From Azolla caroliniana (Eukaryota > Plantae > Polypodiophyta): a stretch of DNA of 64,000 nucleotides. Shown one piece after another: positions 51,201-64,000 of the stretch. Position 1 is the stretch's first letter, and each line of letters starts with the position of its first letter. Location of the stretch: positions 9,982,001 through 10,046,000 of the forward strand of contig JBHGNT010000008.1 in NCBI GenBank assembly GCA_043228905.1. Direction: 5' to 3'. Both the position numbers and the translations under genes were made by a program. Below the pieces are notes generated by a model, which searched no databases, was not told the origin of the DNA, and worked only from the letters and a program-made list of their open reading frames with translations.

Positions 51201-54200
51201 CTGATTGCTGAAGCACTTATATGCGTAGTAGTGGGAAATGACCATGTAATGAACAACCATGGGCACAGTTCTTTATGGGCATCATATGCCGGGAAATAAA
51301 TGGCCTTGTCAAGAACATAGGGTTCTTGTATGGTGAAAGTCTATGGCCGGGTGTATATAATGTGCAGAATATGTTCAACAGGTTCATACCCTAGGTTTAG
51401 ACAAAAAAATATCTAGGATCTATATCATAGGGAATGTTTGGAATCTAAGACCACCTTTTACTTAAGCATCAGTTTTAGCTCATGAAAATGGTGTGACCTG
51501 TTGCAGGAGGCCAGGTCAGAGCCGCATTACAACACCTCGAAAAGAGTCAGATACTTGCTCCATTCTCTCTGGAGTTTCTGAAGGTTAGTTTCCAAGCATT
51601 ATAAGGAGGGTCTGTGCTTAACAGCCTGTTATCAAGCATGTTAAGAAGTTTTGAACACATTGCACAGGTGTGACCTTAGGAACTCCTATTGCTGTCCTTG
51701 TACCAAACACAGATCAGAGGGGAGGGGTGAGTTTTTCTACAAACCTCTAAAAAAGCAAATGTTAGAGATGTGATCTTTAAATATTTTTATGTGTTTCAGG
51801 ATTACAAAGAGATGTCCCTTGCATACAGACCATCACATGCGGATGCCACCTATGACTTCAAATACGGAGTTCGAGCTGTTCAGGTACTGTATGGCATCCA
51901 GTTAAAGTGCTCAAAGCTTCACCGTATAGCTGATTGTTAATGTGCTTCTAATACATCTGTTATTGGATCAATAGGGTGGTGGTAGATCTTCTGCAAGAGA
52001 AACGATAGGAAGGGTGGCAGCTGGAGCTGTTGCGAAGAAAATATTACAAAAGAAAGCTGGAACAGAGGTAAGTTCTATCTTAACATATTTATGCTGATAC
52101 AATTTCATTTCTTGAGTTGTTTTAAATAATCTTTTGTTGTTCTTCAGGTTCTTGCCTTTGTGTCAAGAGTCCATGATGTAGAGCTTCCTGATGGAAGAAT
52201 AGATCTTGATAAAGTGTCCATGGAGGAGGTATAACTTTCATTGACATGCTAGAATTATTACAGGGATATAGATCATCTTGAATTGAGAATTCACTTTGGG
52301 GGGATTGCTGGACTTTGGACTATAGATTGAGGCCAACATTGTTAGGTGTCCAGATCCTGTCGTAGCTGAGAAAATGATCGAGGCCATTGACAAAGTTCGT
52401 ATAAAAGGGGACTCTGTAGGTGGTGTCGTGACTTGTATTGCTCGGAATGTCCCTCGGGTACATCTTTCAACTGATTGTCGAGTTGTTTCTCCTTGTTTTT
52501 TATGTTGGCCTTGTTTCAAGTCCTAATCAGTATGAACACACTTGGAAATATTATTTTTACTATGTAGGGTTTGGGGTCTCCTGTATTTGACAAACTAGAA
52601 GCTGAGTTGGCAAAGGCCTTGATGTCATTGCCTGCAACCAAGGGATTTGAAGTGGGCAGTGGATTTGCTGGTAATTTTCTCACGAGTACTATACATTGCA
52701 AGCAATCGTGTATAACATGGCCATACAATCTGTAGTTTAAATAAATTAATTGAATTACAGTTGGAAGGAAATTTTGTTCCAAAAGAACCATTTTTCTGAG
52801 TTCTTCTAATCCTTTTTCTCAAGCTTGTGCAATATGTTCTGACTTCTTTATTATATGTTCACTGTTGATGCTCCTTTTTGTCTCAAATTTGAGTATTATA
52901 AAAGGTTTATGTGTTTTCTAATGTGGATCTAGTTTCCTGGATCTTTCCATTCTTCTTCAACTATTCTCAAGTGAAGTTACTATTGCTTGGATGTTTGGCA
53001 GGGTCAATGCTGAAAGGAAGTGAGCATAATGACGAATTTTTCATCGATGCTGCTGGGAATGTACGGACCCGTACCAATCGCTCTGGTGGTATCCAGGTGA
53101 AACTCCTGCGATTTAGTCTTATCATTTTTTTGGTGTGTTTGCTGATTTTACAAGAAAAAAATCCTGATCTTATGCACCTGTTTCCTTAATAATTTTATTT
53201 TTTTAGGGTGGCATTTCAAATGGAGAGACTATAGTGATGAGGCTCGCCTTCAAGCCTACATCTACCATTACCGTAAGTTTGTTTTATATATCATGGGACA
53301 AATAAAATCCTATTACTATAAAAATTATTGTGTTAGATATCCAGAGGCATGGTTTTTCTTCATTTTGCCAGGTGTCCCAGAAGACCGTCACTAGAGATAA
53401 ACATGAGACAGATTTACGAGCTCGAGGCAGGCACGATCCTTGTGTTGTCCCTCGAGGTTATATTTTAATTCTTCTTTTTGCATTTGATTTTTTGTTTACA
53501 GGGTTTTAAGAGACCCAAGCTTTCTTTACACCAAATATGCTCATACATGAGTAGGTGATTATGTTGCAATTGGTTCTCTATCTTTCATGTTTTGGGGTTT
53601 AAGATGGCCCAATAAAAAAATGCTTAAATATCGTTGATGTTTTTTCAAACAAATTCCACACTTCATGCTGTAGGGTTTAAGATGCTGTTTGCATTGTTTA
53701 CACCAAAGATTCTCGGACATTCTTTACTGATTTTTTCTAATTCTGTTTGACATTTCACATTTTAAATTTTAAGATGCCCCTCAAATTCTTGCATCAAAGG
53801 TTCTCATATCCTTAGTTAAATTCTCCTATTTGGTTGTTAATTTCATGTTTGTATGTCTTTGTGATATATTTGCATTTAGATCTACATGTCATGTTTTCGG
53901 GTCTGGATACCCCAAGCTTTCTATACAGCGAAGATGGTCCTAAGTGATTTTTCCAGTCAGATTCTGCATTTCATGTTCTAGACTTTAGATGCACCATGCA
54001 CTCTTTACAACAAATATGCTCATATGTTCTTACCATATTTTTTTAAATTTGATTTCAAATTCTGTGCTTTACTGCTTAGGCTCCACTGTCCAAATCATCT
54101 TCACAGTAATTTGCACACATATCTTTAGTAATCTGTTATTTCTTCTTCAGCTGTTCCAATGGTTGAAGCTATGGTAGCGTTGGTATTAGTGGACCAATTG

Positions 54201-54293
54201 TTGCAACAATATTCGCAATGCCAACTCTTTCCTGTTGATCCGGTACTCCAAGCTCCATCACTCAGAAAGGAGCCCGAGCATACTCCAGTATGA
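48201..54293 (+). CDS. aroC: Chorismate synthase, plastid-targeted precursor (13 exons, 1320 nt, 439 aa)
   Basis: GT-AG exons: 48201-48348, 49587-49740, 51507-51583, 51668-51726, 51800-51883, 51975-52067, 52148-52228, 52326-52457, 52568-52670, 53002-53096, 53207-53272, 53372-53456, 54151-54293. Motifs [80 protein letters not shown]. Exon 1 resembles a transit peptide. Confidence 0.97.
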
Positions 54294-55000
54294 ACAAGTT
54301 TTCTATGTGCATTGCTTATTGCACAAATTAAATGGAGTTACAACGAAGCTGCAAAATTTTATGAGGGCCCACTTGTAGAGTTTTTAGGGCTTTTGGAACT
54401 ACACCACACTGTCATGTGTAGAGGACAAGCACATTCTCATGGCATAGGAAGTTTGCTTTAGTGGTTAAAAGATGTTACATTTATTTGATTGAATAAGAGA
54501 AGATGATTTATGGCCGTCTAATGTGAATGATGTTTATTTTATGTATTTGATATTTTTTCTAAGTTAGAAACTTAAATGTTGTTAATGCGCAATGCATGTA
54601 AAGCAAGGGAAGAGATTCACATATCCTTGTTGAAATGGAATAAGTTCGGACGTGGAAAGCATCTTAACGTCCTTCAATGTAAAGTAACCCTTTTTGAAGA
54701 AAAGAAAAGATGGAATTTCAAAACATTACTCAAATGTAATGTAGGATTGATGATTTTTCTTTCGTGGAATATAACAAAACAAAGTCTAAGGTGATTACGA
54801 GTCATAAACATCTTATCATCAAATTACATGGTAAACTATTTAGGTTAATTTTTGGCAATATACTATATGTTATATTAAATGCCAAAACCATTTTCGATGT
54901 TGATTTGAAATTTTGATTCAAAGAATAAACCTATATTGAAGGTGATAAATGTGCATGTGAATATTTATAGTGATTATTATATGAATTGAGAATTAGGAAG

Positions 55001-56830
55001 ATGTCACTACAAGTAGCGAAACTAGAAAAATTGGATAAAGATAATTATCCCTCTTGGAAATAAAAAATTATTTACACTTACAAGATCTTTGGGATGTTGT
55101 TGACAAAGGTGACCAAGTTAATGCAAGGCAATGTTAATGTGGAAAAAGCTGTGGGTACAAGTGCTAAACTAATTGAGTTTCTTGAACCAAAGGTTTGATT
55201 AAAGAAAAATTATGATGCTATGTTAATTATTTCTAATGCATTAACTGCATCTATGATTCCACATATTAAAAGATGCACCGTAGTGAAAGATATGTGGGAT
55301 ATGGTTACACAAATAATATTAGCAAGGAAAATGCAACTCAAAACGCAATTGCAACATATAAAAATGGAGTTAGGTATGACTATCTTAGATTATGTTCGAA
55401 AAATAAGAAAAATTGTGGACGAGTTGAAGATAGTTGATTATGTCATTGATGATGATGAATTTATAAGAGTTTGTTTAGAAGGATTCCCAAGGAATTATGA
55501 TGTATTTAAAACTTCTATTTCAATGCTTGGTATTCAATCATTTGATGAGCTCTGGTATGTTCAGACGGATCGACTAGCCGTCGACATCTTCACGAAGGCC
55601 CTCGAAATCGACAAGTTGCAACATTTCTCGGAGATGCTTGGTCTTTAGCATCTCGACATACCGCACTTGAGGGGGAGAACTAGTACTGGTACGGGGAGAA
55701 CCTAAAAAGCAGGTAAAGGTACCAAACAAAGAGCCGGAGAGGCCAGAGAGAAGGAAACAACCGAGATAGGGGGAGACAAGAAGAAGAAAGAAGTTGAGTC
55801 GATTGAAGAAGTCGGCATATCTGAACAAGTCGAAACAAGCGGTGTCGGCGGCAGAGTCAAGGACAGAGCCAATCAGACGGAGAAGACCAAGACCCAGACG
55901 TGGTCTGATGTTGTGAAGGGCTTGAAGAATGAGGATGAATTGGAGACAACCAATTTAGACAAGAGCTGGAACGAATCGGATTTGCACAAGAGCGCTGAGA
56001 AGTGAGGATGGTTATCCTCGAAACAAATGAGGTCGAAACCGCGATGTTTGCAAAAGGGAAAAAAGTCGAATCGGATATTGACTTGTGTCACAAGTGGTTC
56101 AGCCATATCAACTTTCGGAAGCTTTAGGAGATGCAGTCGAAACATGTGGTTTCCGGACTGCCGAAGTTTAGTGTCCAAAAGGGCCAGATTTGTGAAGTTT
56201 ACCAGTTCGGGAAGCAGCATAGGCTTCTATTCCCCAATGAGAAGAATCGGAGCCAAAACCGGCTCGATCTTATCCATTCAGATGTGTGGGGACCGGCACT
56301 GAACGTGAGCATCAAAGGAAGCCGTTACTTTGTAACCTTCATCGATGACTACACTCGGCACACTTGGGTGTGCTTGATTGCGAAGAAAAGCGAAGTCTTC
56401 GCCTACTTCTTGAAGGTGAAGAGCCTTGCCGAACACGAAACCGGTAGAAAGATCAAGTGCCTGAGGTCAGACTAGTTCTCAAGGTATCTACAAAAGGAAG
56501 GAATTCGGTGAGAATTCTCTTGCAAATATACACCAGAGCAAAATGGTGTGGCCGAGCGGAAGAATCAGACAATAGAGGAGGAGTAGAGGAGGAGGCGCTG
56601 GCAATGCTTGAGGCGCTTGAGGAGAAGCGGTCTGGGCAACCGTCTACCTGCAGAATCGGGCATTTGCAAATGGAGGAGTGTCACCACATGAGCTGTATTT
56701 TGGGAAGAAACCGAATCTAGGACACTTGAGGGTGTTTGACAACATTGCCTATGTGCATGTACCGAAGGAGAAACAAAGGAAGCTAGACGCAAAGGCCGAG
56801 AAGTGTATCTTGGTCGGCTACTTGGACGAA
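55001..56830 (+). mobile_element. Scrambled copia fragments: AT-rich gag (55001-55550), B-lineage RNase H end and tail (55550-56000), B-lineage integrase (56000-56830)
   Basis: LEKLDKDNYPSWK; ARKMQLKTQLQHIKM; DIFTKALEIDKLQHFSEMLGL; LIHSDVWGP..YFVTFIDDYTR; RKLDAKAEKCILVGY. Confidence 0.85.
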
Positions 56831-59800
56831 GACGGCATGGTGATGTCCGGGATGCAGTCCCTCAATACCTTGTTCATCGCATTCACCATGTGTGCCACCA
56901 AATTGGTTCCCCCTTGCGGTAGGGTACACATTCGAACTAGGACGAGCGGGGTTCCCATCATCGTGATATCCCTGCTCTCCATGGCTAGTTGGAACTAGTC
57001 GTACCTAGAATACAAGTCTCTGACCGAGAAGATCGACCTTTCGGTGAAGGCCTCCGCGAAATCATCGAAGGTCGATCCTACTCCTGCATTCCGGATTGTC
57101 ACTTTGTTGACGGTTTGTAGGTCCTGTATAAAGCGCAAGGTCCTGTATAAAGCGCAATGTGCCGTTCTTATTCGTTACCGTAAACCACCGATTCGAATAA
57201 GGAGCACTCGACAGCTCGAGGATCCCCATCTCCACCTTCTACTTGAGCAGCTCCATCAACTTCGGGATGTGAGATCTCGCCACCGGAATCGGCTTGAGAT
57301 TCCATGGTACATGTGGTATAGTGAAAATCACCATTGGCTCAACGATTGTCAGGTCGACGCACCTAATCTCCCCGGGTGAGAATGCAAAGGCTTTCCTGTG
57401 CCATTCGAGCATCCTCCGAAACCGGTCCTCCTCCGCCGTTAGTAGGAAGCCACCCCACCGATCTTTAGCTCCCGCAACATCTCGTCAGTGAAACGGTACC
57501 CTATGCCTGCCAGATCTCGTAAACTTGGATCCGTCGTGACCCCTTTCATCTGTTCCCAGCTGTCCTCCTGTAAGGGAGCCGCAACTGGCCTCACCTTCCG
57601 ATCCATAGTCTTGTACTTGGTGTCTAGTCGAGTGGTCCGATCCGACGCGACCATCTTCCCGAAGTCCGCAATGACTTCATTCATCTCGACGAAATTTACC
57701 ATAACAACCCGGTCTTTGCTAAGATCCTCCTTGACTACCCTCTTGACCTCCCCAAGGGTGTCATCAAATGAGACCACCTCCATGGCACTGCTAATCGACT
57801 CGTTAGGATCGAATGCCTTCAGACGCCTTTCAACTCGCTTCTTCTCCCGGCCACCGATGCCGGCTATAGTACAACCTCCATTAATAGAGGGACAAAAACT
57901 CCTACCTAGTGTACATGTGTGGGGTTTCTTGCGGTTGTCTAGATTATTGCAGCCCCACGCCTTGATAGTCCTCTTCCATAATTCCTCTCAACTATCGTTA
58001 TCGAGAGTGTAGCGATTCCGCTCGTGGTTGGGCCGAACCGTCAAAAATTGGACAGAATGTTGATTGTCCTAGCTCTTCACCCGAGCGTATGCTGAACCGT
58101 TGTCTAGCACTTTGGTCTCCATACGAGTCGTCGAGAATCACCGTATGAGAGGATGTCTCTTGCACGAAGAAGTGTTGGTCAATCTGGACATCCCTAACCT
58201 TTACTCAAACATTCGGGCACGCCCCGTGTAGCTCATTTATGGTTCGGGTCGCCATGTGTTGTCATGATGTTGCATGTCCAATGGGAGAAATTGTGAAATA
58301 GTGTAGTTCCACGCACATTACACAAACAATTATAAATATGAAAATTATCTTAGGGCCTACTGGCATTCAAGTGCATATAGAGGGGTGCAAGCAAGATTTG
58401 AATCTTGCACCTCCAAGATAGAAGACACTTATCTTACCATTAGGGAAACTACCAAGTACTTTAAATGTTATATTCAAAAGGCATAGGAAAACAACCGTAC
58501 AAAACTGTGTGCACAAAACCATGTTTCAAGCCCATGGTTTTGCGCATGCCATAAGAAAAATCATGTGCCCAAAAACCATGGGTCCAAGCCCATGGTTTTG
58601 TGCATGTTAGAAGCATGGATAGACCTAGAAAAACCATCGTAAGGCTTGTGTAAAAGGGGGCTCAATAGGTGATATCATTATCATCACTTTCAATATAATC
58701 TTCTTCTTAATATTCATCTTGAAATCTATCTTCTTCTTGAGTCTAAAAATCTTTGTTTTTTTCAAATGTGACATTGGTTTCCTCGATTGTAACATCCACA
58801 TCGTCGTCTTTTCGACAAATTCATGAACGTCCTCCCTGGTCCATGGCCCCGGTGGTCCCGCTCATATGAAGCATGCACACGCATCTTCACGACATCGTAT
58901 CTTCCACCCGTGCTTGGTGTTGATTGGCCACCGGCCCTTCTTGTAGAAGTCCATCGACATCAGGTTGATTTCCAATCCATGGTCGATTAGTGCCACCACT
59001 AGCTCCTTAAGATCCCTGATCCGGACCGGGGTTTCCATCCTCGCTCTGGCCCAGTGTGGGTTCATGTATTGGCTCTCCGAAAACTCCTCTTCCGTCGCCA
59101 CCTCTTCTCCGGCTCTGGCTCTGTCGAGAGCTAGGTCCTCTTTACCAGGTCCGCAATGGGATTGTGGAATTCCTTCTTTCTGATCCCTAACACCTCCCTC
59201 AATGAGAGCTTCACCTTGCTATCGAGGATTCGTTCCTCCAAGACCTTCTGTAGGTCTGTCGCTCTCTCTATCTCCGAGCTCGACCAGAAGCTCGGTAATT
59301 TCATCTTCTCCTATGAGCTGGTTGGGCCTCCGTCGTTCCTTCCCGGTCCGCTTATCTTCAAGCAGAACCTCATAGTTCTGGCACGTAGCTTCTACGAAGC
59401 CGGTCTTCTCTTCTACCAGATCGTTCCATCTGGTGCCCTCTTGGACCCGCCTCTGTGTGTGGTCTGCCTCTTCCTTATGTAGCCTCATCCCCGAGAGGCC
59501 TTCTAGTATGAGTGGCTAGAATCCGGTATTGCTTTCGGATGCAGTGCCCTTCTCTCCACCTACGTGGATCCCTGCTGACACCGAGTAACGGATGGCCTCG
59601 GCGTTCCTGGTCGTTGCTTCCTCCATACCCTCTTCATGTTGCCTCGTTTGGTGTTCACCTCGAGGGGCCTTCACGTATCGCACACATGTACCCGTCCGTT
59701 CCAGAGGTACACAACATTGTTCTTGATTGCTTCAGCGAAATCGGTGCACTCTCTCTAGATGTGGTTGACGGCATCACACCATATGCATCTTTGGTTGTTC

Positions 59801-60430
59801 GGAGGCCTCCGATCGCGCAACTGTCACCTGCCATCTCTCCTAGGTTGCGCGATCTGGAGATCGCGTACCATCCTCGTCAGCTGCTCTAGAGCAGTGCCCC
59901 CGGATGGACCCTTGACCACTTTGGTCGGAACCATGCCCGACTCGAGCCACCTTCGTGTTTCTTCCTGGTAGCCAGGCCCGCCACTAATGATTTTGTGTCA
60001 TTCCATTCACGCCGTTTGTCGAAACGACCAAAAATCCTTTTTCATTCCATTCATCTATCTCCAATAGAAGATCCACCTTCTCCCAATCGAGCATGTCCAC
60101 CGACTTGATAAACAACAGGACCTTGCTCGTATCAAGCATGGCCCGGTCCAATGTCAAAAGGCACACAAACCATTTTTCAAATTCTTGGAGCGCCGAAGTG
60201 TTCCTCCCTTTCCCCGGGCTCTCGACCCATTCCATGAACTCCCACTTCGACAACCGGAGAGAGTCATCGAAGCCATACATCCCGAGGAGCCGTCCCTCGA
60301 ACTCCGACCAATTTCGACAATTGGCTTGGATCTCGAGCACCTCCACGTGGATGAGGGGTTTCACGACCCGTGGGAATCTAGATGACTGTCTATCCTCTGG
60401 GATATCCTTCATTATCATTTTGGCCTAGTA
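56831..60430 (-). mobile_element. Decayed Ty3/gypsy (gag, protease, start of RT) with an unrelated insertion at ~58260-58800
   Basis: gag 59984-60418; protease ALIDHGLEINLMS..KGRWPINTKHGWKIR; TKYKTMDRKVRPVAAPL; RT ..RMCTLPQGGTNLVAHMVNAMNKVLRDCIP. Confidence 0.8.
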
Positions 60431-60659
60431 GGCCTCTAGATAACTTGTCACATCCTTCCTTTTGAATGAGACTATCATCTCTATGGCCAGGTCAAGGCCA
60501 CCTATGCCCTCCCGCGCATTTACTATCCGGTCAACAACCACCACCATCACCTCTACTAGTTTACTTCCTCTCATCTTTGGACTCCTATGCTACCCCCTTT
60601 CACATCGGGTTCACCAAATATGTCGTGGATATCCGCGTGGATGTGTAGAAATGGGGCGG

Positions 60660-63600
60660 AACCACTAGGGTCACGAACCAAAGAACTGGTATGTGAGGAA
60701 GGTGGTCCGGGTCAAGGTTCAGTTAGCCTCTTCGGATTGGTTTCCAGATGCGTATCCGATATGGAATGATTTCCGTATGTCGAATGGTGACGGGCTTCGG
60801 GACGTAAACTAATACGAATCGGTCACCGGATGGCAACGATGAGCTCACGGGCTCACTCACCCGAATACGCAAATTCAACAGAAGTTTATCAAGGCCAAGA
60901 ACATAGAACACTCACCCACACGATCGGTATAACGATCGTGTAGGGCGACGCTACGAGAATCGGCGTTCAACAAAAAATCGAGGAGGGCAGGCGGAAACAT
61001 GGTCATACGGAGGAGACAGACACCCACATAACTAGCAGCCCCGCAACGACAGTTCAGAGGAAGACCGATGTCGCCCCTAGAGTACCAATTGTCGTGGTTA
61101 CCGTAGGAAGCCCCGAAATACATGACAACATCAGTACCAACAACGACCTCGTGACGAACCTGTGCCACCACCCGAGCCTGTGGCTCAACCAACCACAGAA
61201 AAAGGTGAGTCTAGTATACATTGCTTTAGTTGCCAATAGCCAGACCACTACGCGACTTAGTGCCCACAACGCGATAAGGGCAAGGGACCAGTGGTGAATA
61301 CCATCACGACGGAAGTACAACAGGTGACCATCTATAGCCAGTCCAAGGTAGCCTAGTGGGAAGTGCAAAATGACATACGAAAAGCTGAAAAAGCCTGGGT
61401 AGACAAAGCTAATGAGGCCAACATTGATCGCATGCATCAAGATGCGGTAGCCGAAGAATGATCATCCCATATGGAGGACGCTGCGACATGGGAGGATCTG
61501 GTATGGCAGGCCCTCTTGGACTGCCAGATCACTCTGATGATGAACACACTGTTATATTTGGTTCCTTGATTCCGGCAAGCCATGGAGACCCGTATGCGTA
61601 ACATAGTTGAGTCATGATTCCTACCCGTTTTGCCGAATCTATTACAGGGCTGACCGTGGTGGATCACCATAATCTGGCCATCAAGGTTATCCTACAAGGG
61701 GAAGAAATCTCGGGGTGCATAGTCGATGGAGGTTCGGGAGTGAAGTTCATTAACAAGGCCACTTGCACCCGCCTCGGCATTACAAAGTGGGAAGTGTGCC
61801 CATTCTGGCTCCACATGGCGGATACACGATCCGTTTGACCACTGGGGTTACTTTGAAAGCAAAAAATCATGATAGGCGGACATACATTTGAAATATTGGT
61901 CGTCATATTGGCCCTTGATGATCCTGGTGCTTACCCCCTCCTGTTAGGCTGCCCATGGTTGCGCACCGCAAACATGAAGCAGAATTGGCAACACAACAAT
62001 ATCAGTTTTTGATGAGGCTGAGCCAATGTTCAGGTGCCTACCCAAGAGAGCACCCCACCCACTAAAGCTATGACTCCGCTTTACGTGGAAGAAGTTCACA
62101 TGCTCCAAGGGTTAGACGACGAGGAACTAGAAACTTATCTAGAGGAGAACCCTCAAATCGTGCCATTGTTCTAGATTGATGTCATCGAGACGGTTGGAGC
62201 ATACGCCACACCCACAATAGCCAAAGAAGAGGACTGCGAACCCGATACAGAGGCTCTGATGAAACTCCGTAGGGCGCATGACGCATTCGATCGAGAAATG
62301 GAAATCTCTCGACGTGTCACAACATTGGCCTTAGAAGAAATCAATGTTGGGACTACCGATGCACCGCGACCTCTCTGAATAGCGAAGGACCTACCTCCTT
62401 AGGAAAAGGTTGTCATTATCAACCAGTTGCACGAATATAAAGATGTGTTCACATGGTCGCATGAGGATATGAAGGGGTTGGACCCCAAGTTCTACCAACA
62501 ACAAATTAACCTAGCGATGGATGCAAAACCCGTCCAACAAAGGCGGTATCGCATGAACCCGAACTACGCGGCATGCATAAAAGAAGAAATCGATAAGCTC
62601 TTGAAAATCGGGTTCATCTGACTAGTCAAGTAGGCAACGTGGCTGAGTTCAATTGTAGTTGTACCCAAAAAGAATGGGAAAATCCACGTCTGCGTCGACT
62701 ATCGAAAACTCAACGCGGTAACAATTACAAATGCTTTTCCCTATTGGGAAGACGGTCCCTTTGGATGGGATCCGGTTATGAATGAAGAGGACCCAGTGAA
62801 AACCGGAAGAGATTCGGAAATCGGATCAGATGGACCCGGTGAGAACCGGAAGAGAAGACATATTTGTAAAATATGTTTTGAGCAAGCCTTTTGAGGCTAT
62901 ATTTGTAAATATCCCTAAGTTCATATAAGTATAAATATGACTTAGGCCAATCACTTTAAGGTGTTGTTGTCATATTGTTGTATGTGTATAACGGTTGTAT
63001 AGAGAGAGAGAGAGATACAGAGCGATACTCTGTTGTAACCGCCGGCTGGCAAAGATACAGAGCTTAAGGTCGTTGCTTCTGAGTCTCTGTTTGTACCTTT
63101 CTTATATAGTGATAGTTTGGAGTCTATGGGCTCCCGTGGTTTTTCCCTATTAGGGTTTTCCACGTAAACATCATGTGTATCCTCTATGGTTGTTTGTGTG
63201 TGTACGTGCGTTCACTCCCTACTTCCCTTTTCTGTGTTTGATTCTCATAGAAGTGATTCAAGACTTGGTTGTGGCCAAGCAATATTCCGCGATATTCTCT
63301 TCATTCCCCTTCCTTTCACAGATGGCGTACTCGACACCGTAGCCGAGCACGAAATGTAATCAAATCTGCATGCATCTTCATGATAAGGAAAAGACCACTT
63401 TTGTGATAGATTGCGGCATATTCGTAGTGGTGGTGATGATGTTCGGGTTTAAAACAACGCCTGGAACATTTCAACGCATCATCACAGAAATCTTTGGCAA
63501 ATACATACCTTTGGTTTCGTTTAGAACGATGCTGCTCAACACGACTTAGCCTTAATCCAGCCAAGTGCGCGTCCAACGTAACCAGTGGGGCTCTCCTCTG

Positions 63601-64000
63601 ACACATAGTAAGCCGTGAAGGCATTGCGGTTGATTCGGGGAAGATCAAGGCCATCATTGAGGCCCCGACCCCGAAGAATGCAAAGGTCCTAAGTCATTTT
63701 CTAGGGTAGATTCGTTGGCACAGTAGAATGCTTCGTTATCTAGCTGATTTTGCGACACCCTTGCATACGGTGGTGCATCGAACACCGTTCAATTGGACAG
63801 AGACGGAAGACAAGGCAAACATGGCATTGAAGGTAATGCTCACACAGGCACTGGTAGTACAAACACCAGACTAGACGCGACCGTTCCACATGTTCATGAA
63901 TGCATTAGACAAAGCCATCGGCAACGCACTAATGTAGTTGACCGAGCCGAATTGGTATCGGCCAATGTACTACTCTAGTCGGAAACTGTCGGTCGTCGAG
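60660..64000 (+). mobile_element. Decayed Ty3/gypsy (non-chromovirus-like): gag remnants, protease, RT, RNase H; runs off the window
   Basis: CIVDGGSGV..; EYKDVFTWSHEDMKGLDP..PVQQRRYRMNPNYA..KEEIDKLL; VPKKNGKI.VCVDYRKLN; KEKTTFV..MMFGFK. The left boundary is approximate. Confidence 0.85.
62742..63303 (+). mobile_element. Solo LTR related to copia A LTRs, inserted in the gypsy RT
   Basis: TSD TTCCC (62737-41 and 63304-08); ends ..CA, start mutated to TA; shares ggtccct, atatttgtaaata, ctctgttgtaaccgcc and gtggcc.agca.tattccgc with the A LTRs. The RT frame (AFP|LPFTD) resumes after it. Confidence 0.92.

Noticed and set aside
38570-54293. Functional or biosynthetic gene cluster of the C2 protein, chorismate synthase and MAPR4
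   Set aside because: Unrelated housekeeping-type genes separated by TEs; nothing in the sequence links them.

Overview
Eukaryotic nuclear DNA from a land plant, probably a non-seed plant (bryophyte- or fern-like; inferred from the TE lineages, species not identifiable). Three host genes are supported. (1) A MAPR4/neuferricin-type cytochrome b5-like heme/steroid-binding gene on the minus strand, six exons at 9353-3130, continuing off the left edge. (2) A C2-domain protein with a single coding exon (38570-40102). (3) A complete 13-exon chorismate synthase (48201-54293, 439 aa). Most of the rest is transposon. There is a four-layer nest at 10-24 kb (decayed MULE transposase < MITE < Tnt1-like copia < second copia inside the first one's 5' LTR, with TSDs intact). 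There are several truncated or deleted copias of one lineage, three gypsy remnants, a solo LTR and four pieces of RTE-like LINEs. Most interesting signals: LINE junctions repeatedly sit in (CT)n microsatellites; one LINE ORF2 ends in a canonical PCNA-binding PIP box; one copia lineage has a conserved hairpin enclosing its polypurine tract, a duplicated PPT and a ~170-codon acidic/basic extension after RNase H; and an LTR-like segment carries a 56-bp-period array of palindromes. All alignments and counts were done by eye.
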